Made by a program: the position numbers and the translations under genes. Shown here one piece after another: positions 7,085-16,171 of a DNA stretch of 30,150 bases. Source of the stretch: Verrucomicrobiota bacterium (GTDB lineage: Bacteria > Verrucomicrobiota > Kiritimatiellia > JAAZAB01); the NCBI GenBank assembly GCA_043825055.1, contig JBDRSI010000224.1, forward strand, positions 1 through 30,150, in the 5' to 3' direction. The number at the start of each line of letters is the position of its first letter. Within the stretch, counting starts at the first letter, position 1. The notes under the pieces are model-generated. The model saw only the letters and a program-made list of their open reading frames with translations. It ran no database searches and had not been told where the DNA came from.

Positions 7085-8416
7085 CTAATCTATGCTCAGC
7101 TGTTTGAACTGTGGCAAGTAGGCCTTGTTCTTATTCAGCATGGCCTGGACCATGCGCTTGATCTCGGCTAAGGACAGCACGGCGGCCGAGAGTGGATCGT
7201 ATGCGATCGCGTGGAACACCTTGCGGGGGTTGCCGGTGATCGCCGCCGTTACGGCCATTTCCTCCACGGCGATGCTGACGTTGTTCAGAGCCGCCAGTTG
7301 CGGCGGCAGAGCGCCGACGAAAACCGGGTGGAAGCCCTGGCGGTCCGTGAAAACGGGCACTTCCACGCACACGTTCGCCGGCAGGTTCGGGATGATTCCA
7401 GTGTTGGGCACGTTGCCGTTGAACTGAAACACTTCGCCGCCCATGCGGGCATTGATAATGGAAGCGGCATATTCAAGACCGCGTTTCAGATCAAGCGGCT
7501 TGGGATCGTCCAGCCATTTTTTCGTTTCTTTTTTCCAGGTGGTTTTCTGATTACGGTAATAATGCAGAACATAGGCGTAGTGCCCCGGGTTCCAGCCGGT
7601 GCCGCGCGTGCAGTATTTTTTTATCAGGTCCGGGCGCTTGCGGAACCACCAGGAATATTCGGAATTATGGCCGCTTGACTCGGTCACGTAATAATCCAGG
7701 TGCAGGAACATTTCATTGCGCACCTGTTCCTCATCACGGATCTTAGGATTCTTCAGAATGGCCTTGCGGATCAGCGGATAGGCGTTGCATCCTTGCCAGT
7801 CATATTTCAGGTACCAGGCCTGGTGATTGATCCCGGCGCAGACATAGTCCACCTGATCGGCGGGCGCGCCGATCCACTGGGCGAGCATGTGGGCCGTGCC
7901 CTGGACGCTGTGGCACAGACCGGTGACCTGAACCTTGGTCTGACTCTGCATCGCCCGGCATAGCATGGCCATGGGATTGGTGTAATTGAGCAAAATCGCG
8001 CGCGGGCAGACCTGTTCGATGTCGCGGCAAATAGAGAGCATGACCGGGATCGTGCGAAGTGCGCGGAACACGCCGGAAACACTGCGCGTGTCGCCGATGT
8101 TTATATCAACCCCGAATTGCTTTGGAATCGTAATGTCGTATTGCCACACATTCACGTCGCCAGCCAGGATCGTGCAGATGACGGCATCGGCGCCCTCGAG
8201 GGCTTTACGCCGGTTTGTCGTGGCCACGATCTTGGCGGGGTAACGACCCTCGCGGACGATCCGTTCCACGGCCTGCCGGATGTAGCTTAAGCGCTCGCGG
8301 TCAATATCCATGAGTGCCAGCGTGGCATCCTGCAGACGCGGGAACGTGAGCAGATCCCGAACCAGCCCGCGTGTGAACCCAAAACTGCCCGCTCCGATAA
8401 ACGCAATCCTGGCCAT
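7085..8416 (-). CDS. melA: Glycoside hydrolase family 4, alpha-galactosidase (MelA-like), NAD+/Mn2+-dependent
   Basis: IAFIGAGS Rossmann motif, [20 protein letters not shown] and [13 protein letters not shown]. Substrate is not certain. Confidence 0.88.
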   Translation of the reverse strand: MARIAFIGAGSFGFTRGLVRDLLTFPRLQDATLALMDIDRERLSYIRQAVERIVREGRYPAKIVATTNRRKALEGADAVICTILAGDVNVWQYDITIPKQFGVDINIGDTRSVSGVFRALRTIPVMLSICRDIEQVCPRAILLNYTNPMAMLCRAMQSQTKVQVTGLCHSVQGTAHMLAQWIGAPADQVDYVCAGINHQAWYLKYDWQGCNAYPLIRKAILKNPKIRDEEQVRNEMFLHLDYYVTESSGHNSEYSWWFRKRPDLIKKYCTRGTGWNPGHYAYVLHYYRNQKTTWKKETKKWLDDPKPLDLKRGLEYAASIINARMGGEVFQFNGNVPNTGIIPNLPANVCVEVPVFTDRQGFHPVFVGALPPQLAALNNVSIAVEEMAVTAAITGNPRKVFHAIAYDPLSAAVLSLAEIKRMVQAMLNKNKAYLPQFKQLSID

Positions 8417-8484
8417 GGCGTGTTTCCTTTCGCTTTATTATTCCGAGTTAATTTTAAAACTATTTCTCTTTCGCGCTTTTTTTC

Positions 8485-8600
8485 TGTCATTCCCGCGAAA
8501 GCGGGAATCCAGATATTGTTTTGCTTTACTCTGTCTGCCCGAGTTCGGCCAGGGACCCTGGATTCCCGATCAGTCCGCGGCGGACATGTCGGGAATGACA
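8485..8600. repeat. Paired TGTCATTCCC...GGGAATCCAG REP-like units (REPIN-like doublet) with a smaller palindrome in the loop of the second unit
   Basis: 8485-8512 TGTCATTCCCGCGAAAGCGGGAATCCAG; 8558-8600 CTGGATTCCCGATCA[GTCCGCGGCGGAC]ATGTCGGGAATGACA. The same family occurs at 15973, 16018, 20878 and 20989. Confidence 0.9.
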
Positions 8601-8656
8601 ACCACGCTAAAAAGTATGGCAAGCCGTGCGAAGCGGGAGGTAGAATATCATTTTCT

Positions 8657-10153
8657 TTATCTTTCTGCCAACAACCGATTGATGGAAGCCGCGGCGCGGC
8701 GGCCTTCGCCCATGGCCAGGATTATCGTGGCCGCTCCCAGCACAATGTCGCCCCCGGCATAGACGCGGTCTAACGATGTTTTCCCGTCCGCGTCCACGAT
8801 GATGTGGCCCCATTTGTCCGTTTCAAGGCCGGTAGTGGTCTGCTTGATCAGGGGATTGGACTCATTGCCGATGGCCACGATCACCGTGTCCACCGGCATG
8901 ACAAACTCACTGCCGGGAATTTCCACCGGCCGGCGCCGGCCCGATGCATCGGGTTCGCCGAGTTGGTATTTCAGGCATTCCATGTCGGTGACACAGCCCT
9001 GTTCATTGCCCAGGATACGCTTGGCGTTCTGGAGCAGGTGGAACACGATGCCTTCCTCCTTGGCGTGGGCCACTTCCTCCACGCGGGCGGGCATTTCCAC
9101 CTCCGTGCGCCGATACACAAGATGCACCTCTTCCGCGCCCAAGCGCACCGCCATGCGCGCCGAGTCCATGGCGACGTTTCCGCCGCCCAACACGGCCACT
9201 TTATGCGAACGGAAGATCGGCGTCTGGGCGTGGCCGAAATCATAGGCCCGCATCAGGTTGGCGCGGGTCAGGTATTCGTTGGCCGAGAACACGCCCACCA
9301 GGTTTTCGCCCTCGATATTCATGAATTTCGGCAGACCCGCGCCGGTGCCGATGAAAACGGCATCAAACCCATCCTTGTCCAGCAAATCCTGGAGCGCGCG
9401 CGTGCGGCCGACCACGAAATTGGTGGCCAGCTTGACGCCCATGGCTGTGAGCGTGTCAATTTCCTTTTGCACGATGAGCTTGGGCAATCGGAACTCGGGG
9501 ATGCCGTACACCATGACCCCGCCCGGTTTGTGAAAGGCCTCGAACAGGGTGACTGCATGACCTTCGCGCCGCACGTCGGCGGCCACAGTGATGCCGGCCG
9601 GACCGCTCCCGATCACGGCCACCTTTTTGCCCGTGGGCGGCTTGACTGGCGGAATGGCCGGGACGCCCTGCGCGCGCTCCCAGTCGGCCGCGAAGCGCTC
9701 CAGTCGTCCAATTGATACGGCCTGGCCGACGTCCTTAAGCGTGCGGCCCACTGTGCAAGGCGCCTGGCATTGCACTTCCTGAGGGCATACGCGCCCGCAG
9801 ACTGAGGGGAGCAGGCTGTTGAGCTTGATGATATCAACAGCTTGCTTGACATGGCCTTCGGCGATCGCGCGCACGAAGGCGGGGATATCAATCCGCACCG
9901 GACAACCCTCGATACAAGGCGCTTTCTTGCATTGGAAACAACGCAGGGCTTCCAGGCGCGCCTGCTCCGGCGAATAGCCGCAAGCCACTTCCTCGATGTT
10001 ACGGCGGCGCACAGCGGGATCCTGCGCCGGCATTACCTGCGCGGGAATCTTCAGGCGGTCTTTGGGTTTGAGCGGTTCGGACCGCGCCTCGATTTCCTGC
10101 AGATGCCGCGCGGCCTCGGCGGCCAACAGTTCCTTGGTCGGATGCGCGTTCAC
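8657..10153 (-). CDS. nfnB: NADH-dependent ferredoxin:NADP+ oxidoreductase large subunit (NfnB/SudA; GltD-like)
   Basis: EALRCFQCKKAPCIEGCPV, GRVCPQEVQCQAPC, GSGPAG, GGGNVAMD and AGGDIVLG. GTG start at 10153 overlaps the nfnA TGA and has AAAGGA upstream. Confidence 0.9.
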   Translation of the reverse strand: MNAHPTKELLAAEAARHLQEIEARSEPLKPKDRLKIPAQVMPAQDPAVRRRNIEEVACGYSPEQARLEALRCFQCKKAPCIEGCPVRIDIPAFVRAIAEGHVKQAVDIIKLNSLLPSVCGRVCPQEVQCQAPCTVGRTLKDVGQAVSIGRLERFAADWERAQGVPAIPPVKPPTGKKVAVIGSGPAGITVAADVRREGHAVTLFEAFHKPGGVMVYGIPEFRLPKLIVQKEIDTLTAMGVKLATNFVVGRTRALQDLLDKDGFDAVFIGTGAGLPKFMNIEGENLVGVFSANEYLTRANLMRAYDFGHAQTPIFRSHKVAVLGGGNVAMDSARMAVRLGAEEVHLVYRRTEVEMPARVEEVAHAKEEGIVFHLLQNAKRILGNEQGCVTDMECLKYQLGEPDASGRRRPVEIPGSEFVMPVDTVIVAIGNESNPLIKQTTTGLETDKWGHIIVDADGKTSLDRVYAGGDIVLGAATIILAMGEGRRAAASINRLLAER

Positions 10154-11010
10154 GCGGGTGTTCCTTTCCGTTTCTCGATTTCCGCATCCAACCGACATTG
10201 CGCGCGCGCCTCGTCCTCCTGCTTTTTGTAAGCCCGCAGACGCTTCATCATGTTGTCGAAATCCACCTGATGCCCGTCGAATTCCGGTCCGTCCACGCAA
10301 ACGAAGCGCGTCTTACCCCCGACGGTGACCCGGCACCCGCCGCACATGCCCGTGCCATCCACCATAATCGTGTTGAGCGACACGACCGTAGGGACGCCGA
10401 AAGGACGTGTAGTTTCCGCGCAGAACTTCATCATGATGGGCGGTCCGATGGCTACGGCCAGGTTCGGCTTAGGGTTGCGCTCGCACAATTCCTTCAGGGG
10501 CGCGGTGACGAGCGCTTTGCGCCCGTAGGAGCCGTCATCCGTGCAGATAATCAGCTCGTCCGCCAGGGTCCGCATGCGCTCCTCGAGGATCAGCAGGTTC
10601 TTTGTGCGCGCGCCCATGATAATGATGACCTTGTTGCCGGCGCGCTGCATGCCTTGGGCAATGGGATACATGGGCGCCACGCCGATTCCGCCGCCGATGC
10701 AAACGACCGTGCCAAATTTCTCGATGTGGGTTGGTCGTCCAAGTGGGCCGACCAGGTTTTCGACCGTGTTGCCCTCCCGCAGGGCGGCCAGGCGATGGGT
10801 GGTTAGGCCGACGACTTGGAAAATAATGGTGATCGAACCTTCCTTTGTGTCGGCATCGGCGATGGTTAGCGGGATGCGCTCGCCGTATTTGCTGTCTAAC
10901 TGGACGATCACGAACTGACCCGGTTTGCGTTCTTCCGCGATCAGCGGCGCAGCCAGCCGCATAAGCACGACGTCATCGGAAAGCTGTTCCCTGTGGATAA
11001 TCGTATTCAT
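10150..11010 (-). CDS. nfnA: NADH-dependent ferredoxin:NADP+ oxidoreductase small subunit (NfnA/SudB)
   Basis: PGQFVI, ERIPLTIAD, GPLGRP, GGGIGVAP and the [2Fe-2S] motif DGTGMCGGCRV...CVDGPEF. Start 11010 or 11034. Confidence 0.92.
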   Translation of the reverse strand: MNTIIHREQLSDDVVLMRLAAPLIAEERKPGQFVIVQLDSKYGERIPLTIADADTKEGSITIIFQVVGLTTHRLAALREGNTVENLVGPLGRPTHIEKFGTVVCIGGGIGVAPMYPIAQGMQRAGNKVIIIMGARTKNLLILEERMRTLADELIICTDDGSYGRKALVTAPLKELCERNPKPNLAVAIGPPIMMKFCAETTRPFGVPTVVSLNTIMVDGTGMCGGCRVTVGGKTRFVCVDGPEFDGHQVDFDNMMKRLRAYKKQEDEARAQCRLDAEIEKRKGTPA

Positions 11011-11091
11011 TGTGTCGGCGTATCTAGTCCGCATATTTCAAGGAAATATACGGGATAAAGAGCTGCAGCCTACAGTCTATCCATCTTGTCA

Positions 11092-11766
11092 TCAACCATC
11101 TTTTTCGGCGCCCCATTTGCAGATCATACAGTGGCGGCAGTCCAGGGTGGGTGGGGGGACGTAGGCGCGTCCGCTGTGCAGAGCCATGCTGGCCTGGATG
11201 TGATTCATCAGCGCCAGCAGGCAGCCTAACGTCAGGAACCCGCCCGGCGGCAAAACCATCAGCAGGGTTACCTGGTAATGGCCGACGGCATAACCCAGCA
11301 GGGTGGCGTTTCCCAAGATTTCCCGGATGGCGGAAACCACAATCAGCGACAGTGTGAAACCTAAGCCCATGCCAATACCGTCGGCGATCGAAAGCCAGAC
11401 ACTGTTCTTGCTGGCAAACGCTTCTGCCCGGCCCAGGATAATGCAGTTCACCACGATGAGCGGAATGAATATGCCCAGGGCCTTGTGCAATTCGTGCGTG
11501 AACGCGTTCATCAGCAGGTCCACGACCGTGACGAAGGTGGCAATAATCACGATGTAACAGGGAATCCGGACTTTGCCCGGCACGATATTGCGCACGGCCG
11601 CAACGGCAGCATTGGAGCAGACCAGCACGAACGTGGCGGCCAAGCCCATGCCGATGGCGTTATTGACCGAGGTTGTAATGGCCAGGACGGGGCACATGCC
11701 CAGCACAATCCGGAAAACGGGGTTTTCCGTCCACAGGCCCTTAATCAGTTCCTTGTAAAACCGCAT
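11092..11766 (-). CDS. rnfE: Rnf electron transport complex subunit E
   Basis: ENPVF..VLGMCPVLA, RIPCYIVIIA, LGIFIPLIVVNCIILGRAEAFA and PPGGF. Confidence 0.95.
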   Translation of the reverse strand: MRFYKELIKGLWTENPVFRIVLGMCPVLAITTSVNNAIGMGLAATFVLVCSNAAVAAVRNIVPGKVRIPCYIVIIATFVTVVDLLMNAFTHELHKALGIFIPLIVVNCIILGRAEAFASKNSVWLSIADGIGMGLGFTLSLIVVSAIREILGNATLLGYAVGHYQVTLLMVLPPGGFLTLGCLLALMNHIQASMALHSGRAYVPPPTLDCRHCMICKWGAEKDG

Positions 11767-11806
11767 GGGTTGCCTCGCTTATATCTGGAGTTCATCCTCC
11801 GCCGTC

Positions 11807-11830
11807 CCTGCTTCGCTAAGGCTTCGCAGG
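11807..11830. repeat. Small palindromic element CCTGCTTCGCTAAGGCTTCGCAGG overlapping the rnfG stop
   Basis: CCTGC...GCAGG arms. On the minus strand it encodes the last residues (C-P-A-K-P) and the TAG of rnfG. Confidence 0.55.
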
Positions 11831-12421
11831 ACAAGCCGTCGTCTTCCCGCCCGTGGCCGCAATCTTATCAAAATGATTAGTATATACCTCCAGCCCTGTT
11901 TTCAGGGCGGAAACCACGGCCCGCGGCGAAATCGTGGCGCCGGTGATGGCGTCAATATCGCCGCCGTCTTTTTTCACCGTCCAGCGCGTGTGGAAAATCG
12001 CTTTGCCTTGGAACTGGTCCTTGAATGCGCTTTCCGAAATTTTCGCGCCCAAGCCCGGGGTTTCGGCCTGTTCAATGATCTCCAACCCCTTGATGCTATT
12101 ATCCGGCAGGATTCCGGCCAGGATGCGGATCGTGCCGTTGTAGCCCTGGTCCGAGGCGGCCTCGAAGGCGGCGCCGGCGAAGACACCCTGCTTGCGTGCC
12201 ACGTAAAACGTCCATTGCTTGCCGGCTTCCTGCACGACGCAGGTGTTTGTGACGGGATCGTTGTCGTAGTCCGGCAGGACTTTTTTCATGGCATCCAGTT
12301 TTTCGGCCAGGCGCGCGGTTGCGATCGGTGCCTTGGTGATTTTGTTGGTCGTTGCCAGCAGATACCCGGCCACCACGCTAATGACCGTCAGCACCACTAC
12401 CATTTTTATCAGGTCTTTCAT
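11816..12421 (-). CDS. rnfG: Rnf electron transport complex subunit G
   Basis: N-terminal TM, GYNGTI, ETPGLG and the FMN-attachment motif DAITGATIS. Start placed at MKDLIK. Confidence 0.93.
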   Translation of the reverse strand: MKDLIKMVVVLTVISVVAGYLLATTNKITKAPIATARLAEKLDAMKKVLPDYDNDPVTNTCVVQEAGKQWTFYVARKQGVFAGAAFEAASDQGYNGTIRILAGILPDNSIKGLEIIEQAETPGLGAKISESAFKDQFQGKAIFHTRWTVKKDGGDIDAITGATISPRAVVSALKTGLEVYTNHFDKIAATGGKTTACPAKP

Positions 12422-12456
12422 GGAATGAATAGTTTCCAATTTCAAGTCGTGAACGG

Positions 12457-13497
12457 CTACGTTTTTTTCTTCTGGCCGTGTCCGAAGACCCGCGGCCGTG
12501 TCATGCGATTCAACAGTGGTGTGAAGGCGTTCATGATCAGGATCGCAAAACTGACCCCTTCCGGGTATCCGCCCCACTTGCGGATGACCATGGTCAGCAC
12601 GCCACAGCCGATGCCGAAGAACGCCAGACCGGTCTTCGTGACCGGCGTGGTCACCATGTCCGTGGCCATGAAGAACGCGCCCAGGACCAGTCCGCCCGTC
12701 AGAATATGGAAGAGGGGATTGTAGTTATGGGTCGGATCCGCCAGCCATAGGATCGCGGCAAAAACCGCTACCGTGCCGATGAAAAAAACGGGTACTTGCC
12801 AGGAAATACAGCGCCGCCACAGGAGATACATCCCGCCGATCAGGAGCGCCAGGCCGGATACCTCGCCGATGCACCCGTTTTTAGCACCCAGGAAAAATTG
12901 AAGGATCGTGGCGCCGTCGAACACAAAGGGTAGGGGCTGGCCTATGCCGAGCGTTGTCTTGACCAATCCCAGCGGCGTGGCCGTGGTGATCGCGTCCACG
13001 CCGGCCGCGGGGAATAGGATCTGCCACGGGCCCCAGGTTGTCATGGCCACGGGGAACGAAATCAACAGAAACACACGTCCGATCAGTGCCGGGTTGAAAG
13101 GGTTGTAGCCCAACCCGCCGTAAAATTGCTTGGCAATGACAATGGCCACCACCGAGCCGGCCACCGCCATCCAGCTCGGGAGCGCCGGCGGCAGGTTAAA
13201 TGCCAGTAAAAGGCCAGTGACCACGGCGCTCAAGTCGCCTAACCCCAAGTCGCGGCGCATGAGCTTGCGCGTCGCCGCTTCCGCTGCCACGCAACTGACG
13301 ACGCAAACGCCCGTCAGACGGAAGGCATCCCAGCCGAACAAGCCGAAGGCCGCCGCCAGGGCCGGCATGAGCGCGATAATTACCGCGAGCATGATCTTAC
13401 GCACCGAATCGCCCGAATGTGCGTGCGGCGAACTGCTGACCAGCCACATAGGTTCGTTTTCCGATGGGAGTTGGTTTGTCTTTGGGGCTTTGTTCAT
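12457..13497 (-). CDS. rnfD: Rnf electron transport complex subunit D
   Basis: SSSPH, KQFYGGLGYNPFNPA, DAITTATPL, FMATDMVTTP and YPEGVSFAILIMN. Start 13497 or 13509. Confidence 0.95.
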   Translation of the reverse strand: MNKAPKTNQLPSENEPMWLVSSSPHAHSGDSVRKIMLAVIIALMPALAAAFGLFGWDAFRLTGVCVVSCVAAEAATRKLMRRDLGLGDLSAVVTGLLLAFNLPPALPSWMAVAGSVVAIVIAKQFYGGLGYNPFNPALIGRVFLLISFPVAMTTWGPWQILFPAAGVDAITTATPLGLVKTTLGIGQPLPFVFDGATILQFFLGAKNGCIGEVSGLALLIGGMYLLWRRCISWQVPVFFIGTVAVFAAILWLADPTHNYNPLFHILTGGLVLGAFFMATDMVTTPVTKTGLAFFGIGCGVLTMVIRKWGGYPEGVSFAILIMNAFTPLLNRMTRPRVFGHGQKKKT

Positions 13498-13522
13498 GCT
13501 GCCGTCCATGTGCTGAATCGGT

Positions 13523-13729
13523 GAAACGGAGAAACGGTAACAAATTAGTCCGCCGCGGCGGAAACTTTTACAAATGCCTATATCGCAACATGCTGTCATC
13601 CAGAGCGAAGCGAAGGATCTCATGGGTTGATGTCCAACGAGATTCCTCGCTATGCTCGGAATGACAAACTATGCAACATTAAAATTCCTATGCATGTAAT
13701 TATTTCGGCCGTCACCGTTTCTCCGTTTC
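13523..13729. repeat. Nested composite repeat in the rnfC-rnfD spacer
   Basis: Outer inverted arms GAAACGGAGAAACGGTAAC (13523-13541) and GTCACCGTTTCTCCGTTTC (13711-13729), 18/19 complementary. Inside: palindrome CCGCCGCGGCGG (~13550), REP pair TGTCATCCAGAGCGAAGCGAAGGATCTC (13594-13621) / GAGATTCCTCGCTATGCTCGGAATGACA (13639-13666), and AAAATTCCTATGCATG (13681-13696). Confidence 0.85.
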
Positions 13730-15073
13730 TTTCCGTTTCAATTCTTCTTCTCGTTTCATCTTCTGAATTTCCGCCTTGGCGCGGCGCATGTGCTGGACCA
13801 GCGGCCGGTGCGCCGGGCACTCGTAGGCGCAGGCCCCGCATTCGATGCAATCCATCACGGCGAGTCCCTCTGCGCCCTCGTTATCCTCAGCCTCGATCAT
13901 CTCGCTCAGCGTGTTTGGCATAAGCCGTATTGGACAGGCCGAAACACACCGGCCGCAACTGATGCACGGCATGGATGAAAATTGCTGAACCGCCTGGCGT
14001 GGCAAAAGCACTATGCCGGAGGTTGTTTTGGTCACCGCCGCCTCCAACGAGCCTTGGGCCAGGCCCATCATGGGTCCGCCGCAGATAATCTTGCCCGGCT
14101 GGCCCACTATCCCGCCGCAAAAAGCCACCAGGTCTGCCAGCGGGGTGCCGATGCGCGCGCGCAAGTTTTTAGGCGTCTGGACCATTGCCCCCGTGACGGT
14201 CACAATGCGTTCCGTCAACGGGCGACCTGCCGTGATTGTCTCATAAATGGCGGCACAGGTGCCGACGTTTTCCACGAGTGCGCCGACGGCCATGGGCAGG
14301 CCGCCGGATGGCACCTCGCGGCCGGTCACGGCATAAATCAATTGTTTTTCAGCCCCCTGCGGATATTCGGTTTTCAGGACGACCAGTTCGACATCCGGCG
14401 CTTGCATGATAGCGCTCATGGCCTGGATGGCGTCGGGCTTATTGTCCTCAATGGCCACCACCAGCCGGCGGGCGCCCAGAATCTGCCGCACGATCTGTGC
14501 TCCCATCCAGACGCTTTGCGGCGCTTCCACCATGAGCCGCTGGTCGGCGGTCAGGTATGGCTCGCATTCCGCGCCGTTAATGATCAAGGTGTCAATCGTT
14601 TTGCCTGCCGGCGGCGAGAGCTTGACGTGGGTGGGAAATCCGGCCCCGCCCATGCCGACGATGCCCGCGGCGACGATCCGTTCCACGAGGGCTTTGGCCT
14701 CCATGGTTTTCCAGTCCGGGCCAGGCTGGAGCGCGGTGTCCCAGCGATCCTCGCCGTCCGGCTCAATCTCCACGCATGCGGCCGGCAGACCAGCCTGGGT
14801 CGGGCGTTCGCTGATGGCAATGACCTTGCCGGAGGTCGGCGCATGGACCGGCGCTGAAACATAGCCCCCGGCTTCGCCCAGTATCTGTCCGCGCATGACG
14901 GCATCGCCTTTTTTTACAACCGGCCGGGCCGGCGCGCCCATGTGCTGGACCATGGATACGAAAAAGACTTTCGACAACGGCATGGACTCAACAGGCATGG
15001 CGGCGGTTGCCCGTTTGCGATACGCCGGATGAACGCCGCCTTTGGAACGGAACAGGGCCCGCAGTGTTTTCAT
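13712..15073 (-). CDS. rnfC: Rnf electron transport complex subunit C
   Basis: KGGVHP, QHMGAPA, GIVGMGGAGFPTHVKL, NGAECEPYLTAD, YPQGAEKQL and two CxxCxxCxxxCP ferredoxin motifs. ATG overlaps the rnfB TGA; RBS GGAGG. Confidence 0.95.
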   Translation of the reverse strand: MKTLRALFRSKGGVHPAYRKRATAAMPVESMPLSKVFFVSMVQHMGAPARPVVKKGDAVMRGQILGEAGGYVSAPVHAPTSGKVIAISERPTQAGLPAACVEIEPDGEDRWDTALQPGPDWKTMEAKALVERIVAAGIVGMGGAGFPTHVKLSPPAGKTIDTLIINGAECEPYLTADQRLMVEAPQSVWMGAQIVRQILGARRLVVAIEDNKPDAIQAMSAIMQAPDVELVVLKTEYPQGAEKQLIYAVTGREVPSGGLPMAVGALVENVGTCAAIYETITAGRPLTERIVTVTGAMVQTPKNLRARIGTPLADLVAFCGGIVGQPGKIICGGPMMGLAQGSLEAAVTKTTSGIVLLPRQAVQQFSSMPCISCGRCVSACPIRLMPNTLSEMIEAEDNEGAEGLAVMDCIECGACAYECPAHRPLVQHMRRAKAEIQKMKREEELKRKETEKR

Positions 15074-15885
15074 GCCGGGACCTCCTTCCGGCCGGAGCGC
15101 TTGATAATTGTGTGTTGCGGGCATTTGGTGATGGCCTCTGCATTCTCCAGCCCCTGGCTGTAATCCACGACGGCCAGGGTGCCTTCCATCTTGATGGCAT
15201 TGCCCGCCACCTTGGTGCAGAGCGTGCAGCCAATACAACCGACGGAACAGTTCTTTTTTACCACGCTCCCGCGGTCCTGCGACCGGCACAGGACGTGGAT
15301 GGTCCGGCTTTCAGACACGAGCCGGATGATTTTTTTCGGGCAAGCGTTCACGCACTGGCCACAGCCGATGCACAGTTCCGGATGCACGCTGGCCAGGTGC
15401 GTGAGCGTAATTTCAATGGCATTGGTTGGGCAGACGCGCGCGCAAGTTCCCAGGCCCAGGCATCCGTAGCCGCAAGCCTTGGCACCTCCACCCACGAGCG
15501 CCGCGGCGGCGCAATCGGCAATGCCGTTATAGCAAAATTTACGTATTGCCGTTTTATCATCTCCGTTGCAGAGCACGATGGCCACCTGCCGTTCCATGAC
15601 CACCGGCTCGATTCCCAGGTAGGTCGCGAGCGCGCGCATGGTTTCCGGGCCGCCCGGTTTGCAGAGGTTGACTTTGGCGCTATGCAGGATAAGCGCCCGG
15701 GCATATTCAGAGCAACCGGGCAGGCCGCAGGAGCCGCAGTTGACGCCGGGCAGGAGGGCCGTAAGCACCTCGATGCGCGGGTCCTCGTGCACGGCGAAAA
15801 AGCGTGCGGCCATGCCCAGCAGGACACTGCAGAACAGCCCGATCCCGCCCAAGATGATGGTTGAATTTATAATATCCGCAGACAT
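15070..15885 (-). CDS. rnfB: Rnf electron transport complex subunit B
   Basis: N-terminal TM, LPGVNCGSCGLPGC, CKPGG, CGYGCLGLGTCARVC, CIGCGQCVNACP and CIGCTLC. Confidence 0.95.
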   Translation of the reverse strand: MSADIINSTIILGGIGLFCSVLLGMAARFFAVHEDPRIEVLTALLPGVNCGSCGLPGCSEYARALILHSAKVNLCKPGGPETMRALATYLGIEPVVMERQVAIVLCNGDDKTAIRKFCYNGIADCAAAALVGGGAKACGYGCLGLGTCARVCPTNAIEITLTHLASVHPELCIGCGQCVNACPKKIIRLVSESRTIHVLCRSQDRGSVVKKNCSVGCIGCTLCTKVAGNAIKMEGTLAVVDYSQGLENAEAITKCPQHTIIKRSGRKEVPA

Positions 15886-15890
15886 GAGAT

Positions 15891-16167
15891 AAACGTTCCT
15901 GGTTCTTCGTCCTTGGTTGTCAGATTAGTCGCCAATGGCCTGATTCAATGTATAGGAATTTCAAAGGACGGACTGGATTCCCGCTTACGCGGGAATGACA
16001 GAACAGTGGCGCATAATTGTCATTCCCGATCTAATCGGGAATCCAGAAAAGTTGCGGCGTAGCCTAATTTGACGTTAAGTCAAACATGAGCCAAAATAGC
16101 TCACACCGAAACCATTAAAATGTAATTTTCAAGACGAAGAACGAAGAACGAAGAACCAGGCACGTTT
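15891..16167. repeat. Nested composite repeat filling the rnfA-rnfB spacer
   Basis: Outer 28-bp inverted arms 15891-15918 and 16140-16167 (25/28), with ACGAAGA x3 at 16134-16154. Inside: ATGTATAGGAATTT (15948-15961), REP pair 15973-16000 / 16018-16046, and palindrome TTTGAC-GTTAA-GTCAAA (16068-16084). Confidence 0.88.
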
Positions 16168-16171
16168 TTAA

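Noticed and set aside
8287-8773. Short ORFs spanning the GH4/nfnB spacer (containing VIPAKAGIQ or WIPAFAGMT)
   Set aside because: These peptides are translations of the REP units, not real genes. The same applies to ORFs 20563-20979 and 20964-21164.
8657-10300. Glutamate synthase small subunit (gltD) with a 547-aa ORF
   Set aside because: No gltB is present and it is coupled to an NfnA-type gene. The first 49 codons overlap nfnA; the GTG at 10153 has the RBS.
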